From an uncultured Collinsella sp. (GTDB lineage Bacteria > Actinomycetota > Coriobacteriia > Coriobacteriales > Coriobacteriaceae), in the NCBI GenBank assembly GCA_902494555.1, contig CABUTR010000003.1, positions 12,651-76,650 of the forward strand: a stretch of 64,000 nucleotides of DNA, given 5' to 3'. Below the pieces are notes generated by a model. The model did not search any database, was not told the DNA's origin, and saw only the letters and a list, made by a program, of their open reading frames with translations. The translations under genes were made by a program, and so were the position numbers. Of the stretch, positions 1-10,808 are shown one piece after another. Each line of letters opens with the position of its first letter. Position 1 is the first letter of the stretch.

Positions 1-1800
1 AGTCGCTGCAAGTTCACCCAGTTCAACCACGCCATCCGCGTCGTAAAACGCACCAGGCACTTCATCGACGGCGAGAACCATGACGCCCGCCGCCATCATG
101 CACCTTACGGCCTGCGCCGTCGCCGAGCCAATAAATGAAGCTCCTGGCATAACAAATGCCTGGTAGCGGCAGCCGTTAACGGCCAATATCCCGTCGACAA
201 TCGAAATCTCGTAACGGTCCTCATCTTCAAAAGCCTCGGCGGGCACAAAATCAAAGTCGATCTGCGCACGCGTGAGCTCGGCTGCCGCGCGCTCGATGGG
301 CATGGCATCGCCCGCCCACTCGGCATCGGCGTGGTACAGGATGGCGACGGGACGCGCGGCGCTGCCTCCCGAAAGCAGCGTTGCCGTACGGTTCATATAG
401 CTCATGAGCTGGCCAAAGTGCGGCCATTGCGGATTGTTTCCGTGTGCGTAAAAGTGCGGCGGACAGTCCCAATCGGGGAAGGGCGCCATGCTAAATGCGT
501 GCGGCGTAAACCAGTTAATACCGCGGACGAGCATGTGGTCGGCGATCCATTTCATCTCGCGCAGGCCCTCGTGCCAGCCGAAGGCGCCAAAGACCTCGGC
601 CATGCAGCGCCCCTGCTTTTTTGGGTCGAGACGCGCGGCCGAAGAGCCCAGCTTGGCAAGCGCGTAGGTAAAGAACTCCATGTTCCACGCGCCGCGGAAG
701 TAGTTGTAGCGCCCGTGGTCGATGCCGGGGGCGAGCTGGTTGATGACAACGTCGATGCCCGCCATATCCTGCCCGGCGACCGCGCGGAAGTAGTGTCCGG
801 CGCCCTGGCCCAGGCGCGTGTGGCAACTCTTGTCCTCAATCACATGTCCGATATGCATGACGCCGTGCTCGCGGCACCAGTCGCCAATCTGCTCGTCAAA
901 GCATGCACGGTAGAGTTGCGTGGCAATGTCCATGTAGGTGTGACGGACTCGGGCGCCATCTGCCTCGCGTGTCCAAAGGCCGTGTAGCTTGGTGAGCCAG
1001 CTAGCGCCCAACGCCTCGTGCAAACGGCGGGCAAGCTCGTCCGACCACGGCAGCGCCAGGTCGCCTCTTCCGATAAAGCTGCTGGTAGAGGCGTCATCGA
1101 GGGTGGTTCCCTTTTCGTTCATAAAGCCGGGCTCATCGGTAAAGAAGCCCAGGATGGTGCGGCCGAATTCGTCGCCCAGATGCTCAAACGTGAGCTCGTA
1201 GACGGCGTCGATCAGTACACGGCACGAATCGGCGTCGACCATGTTGATGTACTCATCGCGAAAGCCGGTTTTTTGGCTGGTGACGTAGAGCTCGACGGTG
1301 GCGATGCCGTCGGGCGCGTCAAAACGCAGGCGGGCGGGGGTGCCGTCGGCCTGCTCAACGGAGGGCTCAAGATTGAGCGGCGCGCCGGCGGCGTCGAAAG
1401 TCGCCGCGCCCACAAAGCGCTCCGTGGGATCCATAAGATTGCCGAGCTTAATGACCGTGGACGGCTGGGGACCAACGACCGTAACCGTGCGATGTTTGAG
1501 CACGGTCTTCCTAAGCGCGGGGTCGATGTTCTCGCTCGCAAGCGCGCCGTTGGCGTAGCCCGTGGGGAAATGGGCGTCGTCGAGCAGCCAGATCTTCAAC
1601 CCCAAGCGCTTGCACTCGCCGATGATAAAACGCAGGTCAGCCCACCAGCCGTCGCGACAAAACTCGGGGTGCGTGCGTGATTCGAGGCAGACCTCGCGGA
1701 TGTCCGCACCGGCAATCTGCTCCAAGTATTCGGTAATCGTCTCGCGCGCCTCGCCCTTGAGCCACAAGAACGGAAGCACATGGTTGTCGTATGCCGTCAT
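1..1800 (-). CDS. Glycoside hydrolase, GH106 (alpha-L-rhamnosidase)-like/GH2-associated; partial, runs off the left edge
   Basis: Absent from the ORF track, consistent with no stop inside the window. Manual translation from ATG at 1800, with GGGAG RBS, gives MTAYDNHVLPFLWLKGE...VCLESRTHPEFCRDGWWADL...KIWLLDDAHFPTGYANG, resembling GH106-like N-termini. Only the N-terminus was translated by hand. Confidence 0.7.
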   Translation of the reverse strand, partial: MTAYDNHVLPFLWLKGEARETITEYLEQIAGADIREVCLESRTHPEFCRDGWWADLRFIIGECKRLGLKIWLLDDAHFPTGYANGALASENIDPALRKTVLKHRTVTVVGPQPSTVIKLGNLMDPTERFVGAATFDAAGAPLNLEPSVEQADGTPARLRFDAPDGIATVELYVTSQKTGFRDEYINMVDADSCRVLIDAVYELTFEHLGDEFGRTILGFFTDEPGFMNEKGTTLDDASTSSFIGRGDLALPWSDELARRLHEALGASWLTKLHGLWTREADGARVRHTYMDIATQLYRACFDEQIGDWCREHGVMHIGHVIEDKSCHTRLGQGAGHYFRAVAGQDMAGIDVVINQLAPGIDHGRYNYFRGAWNMEFFTYALAKLGSSAARLDPKKQGRCMAEVFGAFGWHEGLREMKWIADHMLVRGINWFTPHAFSMAPFPDWDCPPHFYAHGNNPQWPHFGQLMSYMNRTATLLSGGSAARPVAILYHADAEWAGDAMPIERAAAELTRAQIDFDFVPAEAFEDEDRYEISIVDGILAVNGCRYQAFVMPGASFIGSATAQAVRCMMAAGVMVLAVDEVPGAFYDADGVVELGELAAT

Positions 1801-1916
1801 ATCCACTCCCCTAAAACCAACCTTTTAAATCGATTGAAGTCAGAGTACGCCGAGCGCGCCGTCCTGCTAATATCAAAACCACAGCAGAGTATGACTGAAT
1901 CAACGATTGTGATGCC

Positions 1917-4545
<2,629 letters not shown>

Positions 4546-4548
4546 TTA

Positions 4549-4718
4549 GGTTCCGGCGTTCTACCGAACGCCGGACCTGCCGACGCTGCGCCGGCCCCAA
4601 GCACCCCATCTCGCCGCTCAAACCGTCGCTCGCGTACAGAAGTACGCGTCGCTCCTCTTTCGCGGCGACCTGGGGCACTTGGAGCCGGCTCGCTGACGTG
4701 GGCTCAACCTGAGGGTTT
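4549..4718 (+). repeat. Structured intergenic element family I, copy A (diverged)
   Basis: Hairpin TCCGGCGTTC-TACC-GAACGCCGGA, then GACGCTGC, long stem GCCGGCCCCAAG/CTTGGAGCCGGC, apical CGCGTAC-AGAA-GTACGCG, then TCGCTG. Confidence 0.75.
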
Positions 4719-4775
4719 ATCACTGCTGTCGCGTCCTGTTTCCATGTAAGAAGTTTTTTCTCGAAGGGAGTTGCC

Positions 4776-5621
4776 ATGTCTGCCGCCAAGGTCATCTTTC
4801 TTGATGTTGATGGCACCATCACCAATTACAGCAACGAGGTGCCCCAAAGCGCCGTGGCTGCTATCCGTGCCGCGCGCGCAAACGGACACCGCGTGTACAT
4901 GTGCACCGGCCGCAGCAAGGCCGAAAACCCGCCCGAGATCACCAACATCGGTTTCGACGGCATGATCGGCGGCAACGGCTCCTATGTGGAGAGCGACGGC
5001 GAGGTGGTGATGCACCAACTCATCACGGCTGACCAGTGCCGCCATATCGTCGACTGGCTGCACGGCCGTGGCCTCGAGTTTTATCTCGAGAGCAACAACG
5101 GCCTGTTCGCGAGTGAGAACTTCCGCGAAGCTGCGCGCCCGGTGCTGAGGACCTATGCCGGTCGCAAGGGCGTGGAGGGCGCCGACGAGCTCGAGACCGA
5201 CGACGTCATGCACGGGATGGTCTACGGCGCGCCGCTCTACCGCGATGACCTCAATAAGGTGAGCTTTATCCTGTCGAGCTATCAGGACCATCTGGATAGC
5301 ATCGAGGAGTTCCCCGATCTTGAGTGTCACACCTGGGGCGGTGCGGGCGAGACGGCGCTCTTTGGTGACATGGGTGTGCGCGGCATCACCAAGGCGCACG
5401 CCGTCAACACGCTGCTCGAGCACCTGGGCGCCGACCGTGCCGATACCGTGGCCTTCGGTGACGCCAAGATCGATATCCCGATGTTCGAAGCGTGCGCGAC
5501 GAGCGTGGCCATGGGATCGGGCGGCGACGAGTGCAAGGCGGCGGCCGATTACGTGACCACCGACGTTGATGATGACGGCATCTGGAACGCCTTTGTGCAT
5601 CTGGGGCTTATCGAGGATTAA
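4776..5621 (+). CDS. Cof-type HAD-IIB hydrolase (sugar-phosphate phosphatase)
   Basis: FLDVDGT, CTGR, TKAHAV, AFGDAKID motifs. Confidence 0.92.
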   Translation: MSAAKVIFLDVDGTITNYSNEVPQSAVAAIRAARANGHRVYMCTGRSKAENPPEITNIGFDGMIGGNGSYVESDGEVVMHQLITADQCRHIVDWLHGRGLEFYLESNNGLFASENFREAARPVLRTYAGRKGVEGADELETDDVMHGMVYGAPLYRDDLNKVSFILSSYQDHLDSIEEFPDLECHTWGGAGETALFGDMGVRGITKAHAVNTLLEHLGADRADTVAFGDAKIDIPMFEACATSVAMGSGGDECKAAADYVTTDVDDDGIWNAFVHLGLIED

Positions 5622-5761
5622 TCGACAATATGAGTGCCACCGGGGAAAAGCGTTGGGATGGGCTCGCGATTCGAGTCCCCACCTTAGCATTTGAACCATT
5701 TGGCACTATAATCACCATAGGTATGCGCATAACGTTGCGCTTAATCAAGAGGAGAAAACGT

Positions 5762-6298
5762 ATGGGTCTGTTTGACATGTTCAAGAAGAAGGCTGAGCCC
5801 GCGGCTGCCGCTGCTCCGTCCTCCATCTCTGCTTCTGCCGGCGCCGACGTGCTGTGCTCGCCCGTCAAGGGCAAGGTCATCAAGATGGCCGACGTGCCCG
5901 ATCCCGTCTTTGGTGGCGAGGTTCTGGGCAAGGGCTGTGCCGTGTGGCCCGAGGACGATCTGGTCTACGCTCCCTGCGACGGCAAGGTGACCGTCACCAT
6001 GGGTCACGCCGTGGGCCTGCAGTCCGATAGCGGCATCGAGGTTCTGGTGCACGTTGGCGTCGATACCGTCAACATGAACGGCGACGGCTTCGAGGGCTTC
6101 GTCAAGGCCGACGACGTCGTGAAGGCCGGCCAGCCCATGCTCAAGATCGACCGTGCCAAGATCGCTGCCGCCGGTTACAAGGACTGCGTCGTCGTGGCCG
6201 TGTCCAACACCGCCGAGTTTGCCGATGTCGAACTCGCCGTCGAGGCCGACTCCGCTGTCGCCGCCGGTGACGCCATCGTTAAGGTCGTCCGCAAGTAA
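5762..6298 (+). CDS. crr: PTS glucose-family EIIA component
   Basis: DPVFGGEVLGKG, GHAVGL, EVLVHVGVDTV; GAGGAG RBS before ATG 5762. Confidence 0.9.
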   Translation: MGLFDMFKKKAEPAAAAAPSSISASAGADVLCSPVKGKVIKMADVPDPVFGGEVLGKGCAVWPEDDLVYAPCDGKVTVTMGHAVGLQSDSGIEVLVHVGVDTVNMNGDGFEGFVKADDVVKAGQPMLKIDRAKIAAAGYKDCVVVAVSNTAEFADVELAVEADSAVAAGDAIVKVVRK

Positions 6299-6321
6299 AC
6301 TGCGACATCCAAAGGATGTGC

Positions 6322-6353
6322 AAAGGTGGTCGGGTTTTCCGGCCACCTTTTTT
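6322..6353 (+). terminator. Intrinsic terminator
   Basis: AAAGGTGGTCGG...CCGGCCACCTTT hairpin with T-tract after crr. Confidence 0.75.
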
Positions 6354-6534
6354 ATTGCACCGCGGGGAAGCGTTTTATTGCACGTTGGGCGGGCTTGCAA
6401 ACCGTTCGGACGCTAAAACGAACCGACCGCGCCTTCGTGCCGTCGAGGGTGTTAATAAGTGGATAGTATGGGCTTACTTATTACAACGTGCGCCGCGTCT
6501 GGGAAGCGCGGTGCCGCTCATTGGGAGGAACAAC

Positions 6535-7092
6535 ATGAAAAAGAAGCTGCTGCTTGCGCCCCTCATGGCCGTTTTGGTTGCATGCGTGGTCGTGCTTTCC
6601 GGTTGTGGAGGCCCTTCGATCGAGGAACTCATCACCGAGGATCTTACGACTCAGTTTGACGAGGTCAAGAACGGTGGCGACGAGTTCCTTTCTGGTCTGG
6701 AGGAGGCTTCGGGCGACGAGTTCGAGCAGCTGGGTATCGATCCCAAGGAGTATGCCAAGACCTATCTCGAAGGCTTTGACTACGAGATCGGCGACGTGAC
6801 GGTCGACGAGGACAAGGGTGTCGCGACCGCCGAGGTCTCCATCACCTGCAAGTCCATGAACAAGATTGTCGAGGACTTCTCCACCCAGTATCAGGAGAAG
6901 GTTGCCGCGCTTGATACGGTTCCCTCCGATGACGAGCTGTACAAGATGGCCGGTCAGGTTATGGTCGATGTGACCAAGGCCACCGAGCCCAGGAAGACCA
7001 CGGTTATCTTCAAGTACACCTGCAACGACGACGGCGAGTGGTCTGCCGACGACTCCGTCAACTCCGAGATGATGGATGCAATGCTGAGCTAG
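6535..7092 (+). CDS. Acidic lipoprotein of unknown function
   Basis: MKKK + hydrophobic stretch + LSGC lipobox; GGAGG RBS. Confidence 0.85.
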   Translation: MKKKLLLAPLMAVLVACVVVLSGCGGPSIEELITEDLTTQFDEVKNGGDEFLSGLEEASGDEFEQLGIDPKEYAKTYLEGFDYEIGDVTVDEDKGVATAEVSITCKSMNKIVEDFSTQYQEKVAALDTVPSDDELYKMAGQVMVDVTKATEPRKTTVIFKYTCNDDGEWSADDSVNSEMMDAMLS

Positions 7093-7111
7093 GGGAGTTA
7101 CGCGGTAGTTT

Positions 7112-7283
7112 GTTACGGCGTTTTACCAAACGCCGTAACTGCTCGACGCTGCGCGGGCACCAGAGCGACAACTTGTCATTCAAAGAGGACGGCATGACCA
7201 GAAGGTCTATGCCGTCCTCTTTTCATGCCAATTTGTTCGCTCTGGTGCCCGCTCACTGTCCGTCCTCTACCTGCGGCGTTGCC
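7112..7283 (+). repeat. Structured intergenic element family I, copy B
   Basis: GTTACGGCGTTT-TACC-AAACGCCGTAAC, GACGCTGC, stem GCGGGCACCAGAGCGA/TCGCTCTGGTGCCCGC, apical GGCATGACC-AGAA-GGTC(T)ATGCC; colinear with 26788-26951. Confidence 0.9.
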
Positions 7284-7411
7284 ATGGTAGTCATTGGGGC
7301 GGCACTTGGGGACGTTCCTTTTCTGCCGGCAGTCGGTGACACTCCTTTGGTGCAGGGGGGCAGCTATAAGAGTCCCGTTCCACATTGGCTATCCGTGGGA
7401 GGGATGAGCGG

Positions 7412-8080
7412 TTACTCGCCCAGAATCAGCGTCGCGAGCTCGTCCTGGGTGTCCACCACGTAGTCGGCGCCGGCGGACTCCAGCTCTGCGCGGCCGCGGA
7501 AGCCCCAGCTGACGCCCGCACTCTTAAGGCCAGCGTTGTGGCCGGTCAAAACATCGACATTGGAATCGCCTACATAGAGTGTGGTTGCCGGGTCGGCGCC
7601 TAGCTCTTTCATCACATGCAGCGTAACAGGTGCTTCGGGCTTGGGAGGAAACGCATCGACGCGGCCCTGCACCAGCGCAAAGCGCTCGGAACCAAAGTAT
7701 TTTTCGATAAGCGGAGCGGCCGAGACATGGTCCTTGTTGGTGAGTACGGCAAGCTGCACGCCCGCGGCGCGCAGACGGTCGAGCATCTCGATCGTGCCGG
7801 CGTACGGTGCGGTGTGGTCTTCCTTGTGCTCGCCGTAATAAGCCCTAAACTCGGCAAGCGTCTGCTCAAACATACGGCCGTCGCCCGCATACTCGGCGGG
7901 CATAAAGCGCTCGACCAGCTTGAGCATGCCGTTTCCCACCTTGTAGCGGTACTCGTCTACGGCAAACGTGGGCCAGCCGTGCATCTCGCAGGTATGGTTG
8001 CCGGCGGCCGCCAGGTCCTCGAGCGTGTTGAGAATGGTGCCGTCCAGGTCAAAGATCACATGGGAAAAAGCTGCTGCCAT
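7412..8080 (-). CDS. HAD-IA hydrolase (phosphoglycolate phosphatase-like)
   Basis: IFDLDGT, VLTNK, PKPE, YVGDSNVD, SWGFR; AGGAG RBS before ATG 8080. Confidence 0.9.
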   Translation of the reverse strand: MAAAFSHVIFDLDGTILNTLEDLAAAGNHTCEMHGWPTFAVDEYRYKVGNGMLKLVERFMPAEYAGDGRMFEQTLAEFRAYYGEHKEDHTAPYAGTIEMLDRLRAAGVQLAVLTNKDHVSAAPLIEKYFGSERFALVQGRVDAFPPKPEAPVTLHVMKELGADPATTLYVGDSNVDVLTGHNAGLKSAGVSWGFRGRAELESAGADYVVDTQDELATLILGE

Positions 8081-8185
8081 GGGTGCTCCTGCCGCTTGAG
8101 TTGTAAAACGCACCCCATGATACTGGGCATGCATGCCGGGCATGTTTGGAATCTGAATATCTTTAATAGCCCTGAGCCTTTGTCG

Positions 8186-9220
8186 TTAGCAAATCCTCGG
8201 CAGCTGCTCTCCCACGAGCATGTCGAGGATGCGGGTCGAGCCCCAGCCGGTGCGTACGCGCACGGCGGGTCGAGCGTCCGATCCAAGCGGCAGCACGCGG
8301 CCGATAATCGCGGCATTCTCGCCGTAGCGGGCGGCGCGCATGGCGGCCAGTGCCGCATCTGCCTGTTCGGCCGGCACCACGGCGACCATCTTGCCCTCGT
8401 TTGCCACCTGCAACACATCGTAGCCGAGCATCTCGCAGGCTGCCTGCACGTCGGGGCGTACGGGCACGGCATCCTCGTCGACCTCCATGGCAACGCCGCT
8501 GGCCTGGGCAAACTCGTTGAGCGTGGACGCCAGGCCACCGCGCGTGGGGTCGCGGAAGCAACGTGTGTCGGGTGCTGCGGCAAGCACATCGGCAATCAGG
8601 TGGTTGAGCGGCGCGGCATCGCTTTCGATGGTGCTCGAAAACGCCAGGCCCTCGCGTTGGCTCATGATGGCGATGCCGTGGTCGCCGAGTGTACCCGACA
8701 CCAGGATGACGTCGCCGGGCTTGCAGTTTGCGCCGCTGAGCGCCACGCCCGCGGGTACCTCGCCCACGCCGGCGGTATTGATATAGACGCCGTCGGCCCC
8801 GCCGCGCTCGACCACCTTGGTGTCGCCGGTGATGATCGCCACGCCCGCCTCGCGTGCCGTCTCGGCCATGGTCTGGACGATCTGGCGCAGCTTGTCCATG
8901 GGGTAGCCCTCTTCGAGGATGAAGCCGCACGACAGGTAGCGCACGTTAGCGCCCGAGGTCGCGACGTCGTTAACGGTTCCGCACACGGCGAGTCGGCCGA
9001 TATTACCGCCGGGGAAGAACTGCGGCGAGACTACAAAGCTGTCGGTCGACATGGCGATGCGCCCGCTCGCGGGCAGCGCAGCGACGCCGGCATCGTTGCC
9101 CTCGAGCAGTTCGGGCGACCCAAAGGCATCCAAAAAGACCTCATCGATGATGCGTTTCATCATCTGGCCGCCAGAGCCGTGGCCCAACAGGACAGTGCTA
9201 TCGGTGGCAGTACGGGACAT
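8186..9220 (-). CDS. hypE: Hydrogenase maturation carbamoyl dehydratase HypE
   Basis: HGSGG, TDSFVV, GDTKVV, RDPTRGG, C-terminal LPRIC. Confidence 0.97.
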   Translation of the reverse strand: MSRTATDSTVLLGHGSGGQMMKRIIDEVFLDAFGSPELLEGNDAGVAALPASGRIAMSTDSFVVSPQFFPGGNIGRLAVCGTVNDVATSGANVRYLSCGFILEEGYPMDKLRQIVQTMAETAREAGVAIITGDTKVVERGGADGVYINTAGVGEVPAGVALSGANCKPGDVILVSGTLGDHGIAIMSQREGLAFSSTIESDAAPLNHLIADVLAAAPDTRCFRDPTRGGLASTLNEFAQASGVAMEVDEDAVPVRPDVQAACEMLGYDVLQVANEGKMVAVVPAEQADAALAAMRAARYGENAAIIGRVLPLGSDARPAVRVRTGWGSTRILDMLVGEQLPRIC

Positions 9221-9260
9221 ATCGAAAACTCCAATCGAGGACGGAATTATATGGGTGAGG

Positions 9261-9301
9261 TGCAGCGTCGACCGGCCCGCCGTTCGTTAGAGCGGCGGAA
9301 C
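9261..9301 (-). repeat. Structured element family I, truncated copy E
   Basis: Minus strand GTTCCGCCGCTC-TAAC-GAACGGCGG...GTCGACGCTGCA directly after the hypD stop. Confidence 0.7.
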
Positions 9302-9304
9302 TCA

Positions 9305-10417
9305 TTAGCCTCGGTAGCGGAAATATGCTGCACAGCTGCCTTCGGAGCTCACCATGCAGGGGCCGACGGGGTGCTCGGGCGTGCAGGTGCGGCCAAAGAG
9401 CGGGCAGTCGCTCGGCGTAATGGCCCCGCGCAGCACGTCGCCGCAGCGGCACCCGCGTGGCTCAACCGTCGGTTCAATGGGCACGTCAAAGCGGGCGCCG
9501 GCATCAAAGCGCGCGAATTCGGGGCGGATGGAAAGGCCCGAGTTGGCAATCGGCCCCAGCCCGCGCCACGTGGTGTCGCATGGCTCAAACACCTGCTCGA
9601 CCAGCTGGCGCGCCACGGGGTTGCCGTCTGCGTTGACGCCACGGCGGTAGGCGTTGTCGATCGCCGGCCTGTTCTCGACAACCATCTGGACCAGCATGCA
9701 GATGCCCTGCAGGATATCGACCGGTTCAAATCCCGTGACCACACCCGGGGTATTGAACTCGTCGACCAAAAAGCTAAAGGGCGCCAGGCCCGTGATGGTG
9801 GCGACGTGGCCCGGCAGGATAAAGCCGTCGATAGTGGTCTCGGGATCGTTGGCGATGGCGCGCAGCGCCGGCGGCGTGGTCTTATGGGCACAGTAGACCG
9901 AGAAGTTCTGCAGCCCGCGCGCGTCTGCCTCCAGGATGGCGGCGGCGATGGTAGGCGTCGTGGTCTCAAAGCCGACGCCCATAAAGATGACCGGGCGATC
10001 GGGGTTGTGTTCGGCGATATCGAGTGCATCGAGCGGGGAGTACACAATGCGAATATCGCGTCCCGCCGCCTTTTGCGCGGCGAGCGAGGTAGACGACCCG
10101 GGCACGCGCATCATGTCGCCAAAGGTGGTGATGATGGCGCCGTCCATCTTGGCGAGCGCGATTGCATGGTCGATATCGCGGTTGGCGGTAACACAGACGG
10201 GGCAACCCGGACCGCTCAGCAGTTTGAGCCCGGCAGGCATAATGGAGCGAAAGCCATAGCGACCGATGCTCACGGTGTGCGTGCCGCAGACTTCCATAAG
10301 GTTGATGGCGCGGTCGCCGACGAGTTCACGGATGCGCTCGATGAGCTCGCGAGCCAGCTTGGGATCGCGGAATGCCGAAAAGTCGATACCGGAGCGAGCC
10401 GGCTGTCCGGCCGCCAC
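9305..10417 (-). CDS. hypD: Hydrogenase maturation protein HypD
   Basis: MEVCGTHT, GPGCPVC, GFETT, PGHV, CMVSSEGSC. Confidence 0.97.
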   Translation of the reverse strand: MAAGQPARSGIDFSAFRDPKLARELIERIRELVGDRAINLMEVCGTHTVSIGRYGFRSIMPAGLKLLSGPGCPVCVTANRDIDHAIALAKMDGAIITTFGDMMRVPGSSTSLAAQKAAGRDIRIVYSPLDALDIAEHNPDRPVIFMGVGFETTTPTIAAAILEADARGLQNFSVYCAHKTTPPALRAIANDPETTIDGFILPGHVATITGLAPFSFLVDEFNTPGVVTGFEPVDILQGICMLVQMVVENRPAIDNAYRRGVNADGNPVARQLVEQVFEPCDTTWRGLGPIANSGLSIRPEFARFDAGARFDVPIEPTVEPRGCRCGDVLRGAITPSDCPLFGRTCTPEHPVGPCMVSSEGSCAAYFRYRG

Positions 10418-10677
10418 TAGTAAGCCTCCGCCGGGTTGGTGGCCAGCTGGTCTTCTTCGACCAGTTCGGTCATGGTGTTGACCAGGTCGAGCGTCTCCTG
10501 CGCCTCCTGCTCGTCGACAATCTGAATGCCAAAGCCGGCGTGCACGAGAATATAGTCGCCTACCTGTGCCGTCGGCACGAGGCGCAGCGAAACGGGGCGC
10601 TCGATGCCCATCATGTCGACGGTCGCCTTAAGGTCGTCGTCGCGTTTGACCACTTTACCGGGAACGGCAAGGCACAT
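10417..10677 (-). CDS. hypC: Hydrogenase chaperone HypC
   Basis: MCLAVPG N-terminus, GDYILVHAG. Confidence 0.96.
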   Translation of the reverse strand: MCLAVPGKVVKRDDDLKATVDMMGIERPVSLRLVPTAQVGDYILVHAGFGIQIVDEQEAQETLDLVNTMTELVEEDQLATNPAEAY

Positions 10678-10808
10678 AATGTTCCCCTTTTATACGTTTT
10701 GCGCTGGATAGGCGCCTAATTACCCATCAGTTGATGGTAGCGCTCGCGGGAGTCACGAGCAAACGCGTTACACCTGTGAGACGGCGGCGCGCAGGCTGGC
10801 AAAACAGC

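Noticed and set aside
331..1680. Plus-strand ORFs 331-987 and 1018-1680
   Set aside because: Antisense shadows of the minus-strand glycosidase; no recognisable motifs
7616..10420. 934-aa plus-strand ORF
   Set aside because: Antisense to the HAD gene, hypE and hypD; a high-GC shadow frame
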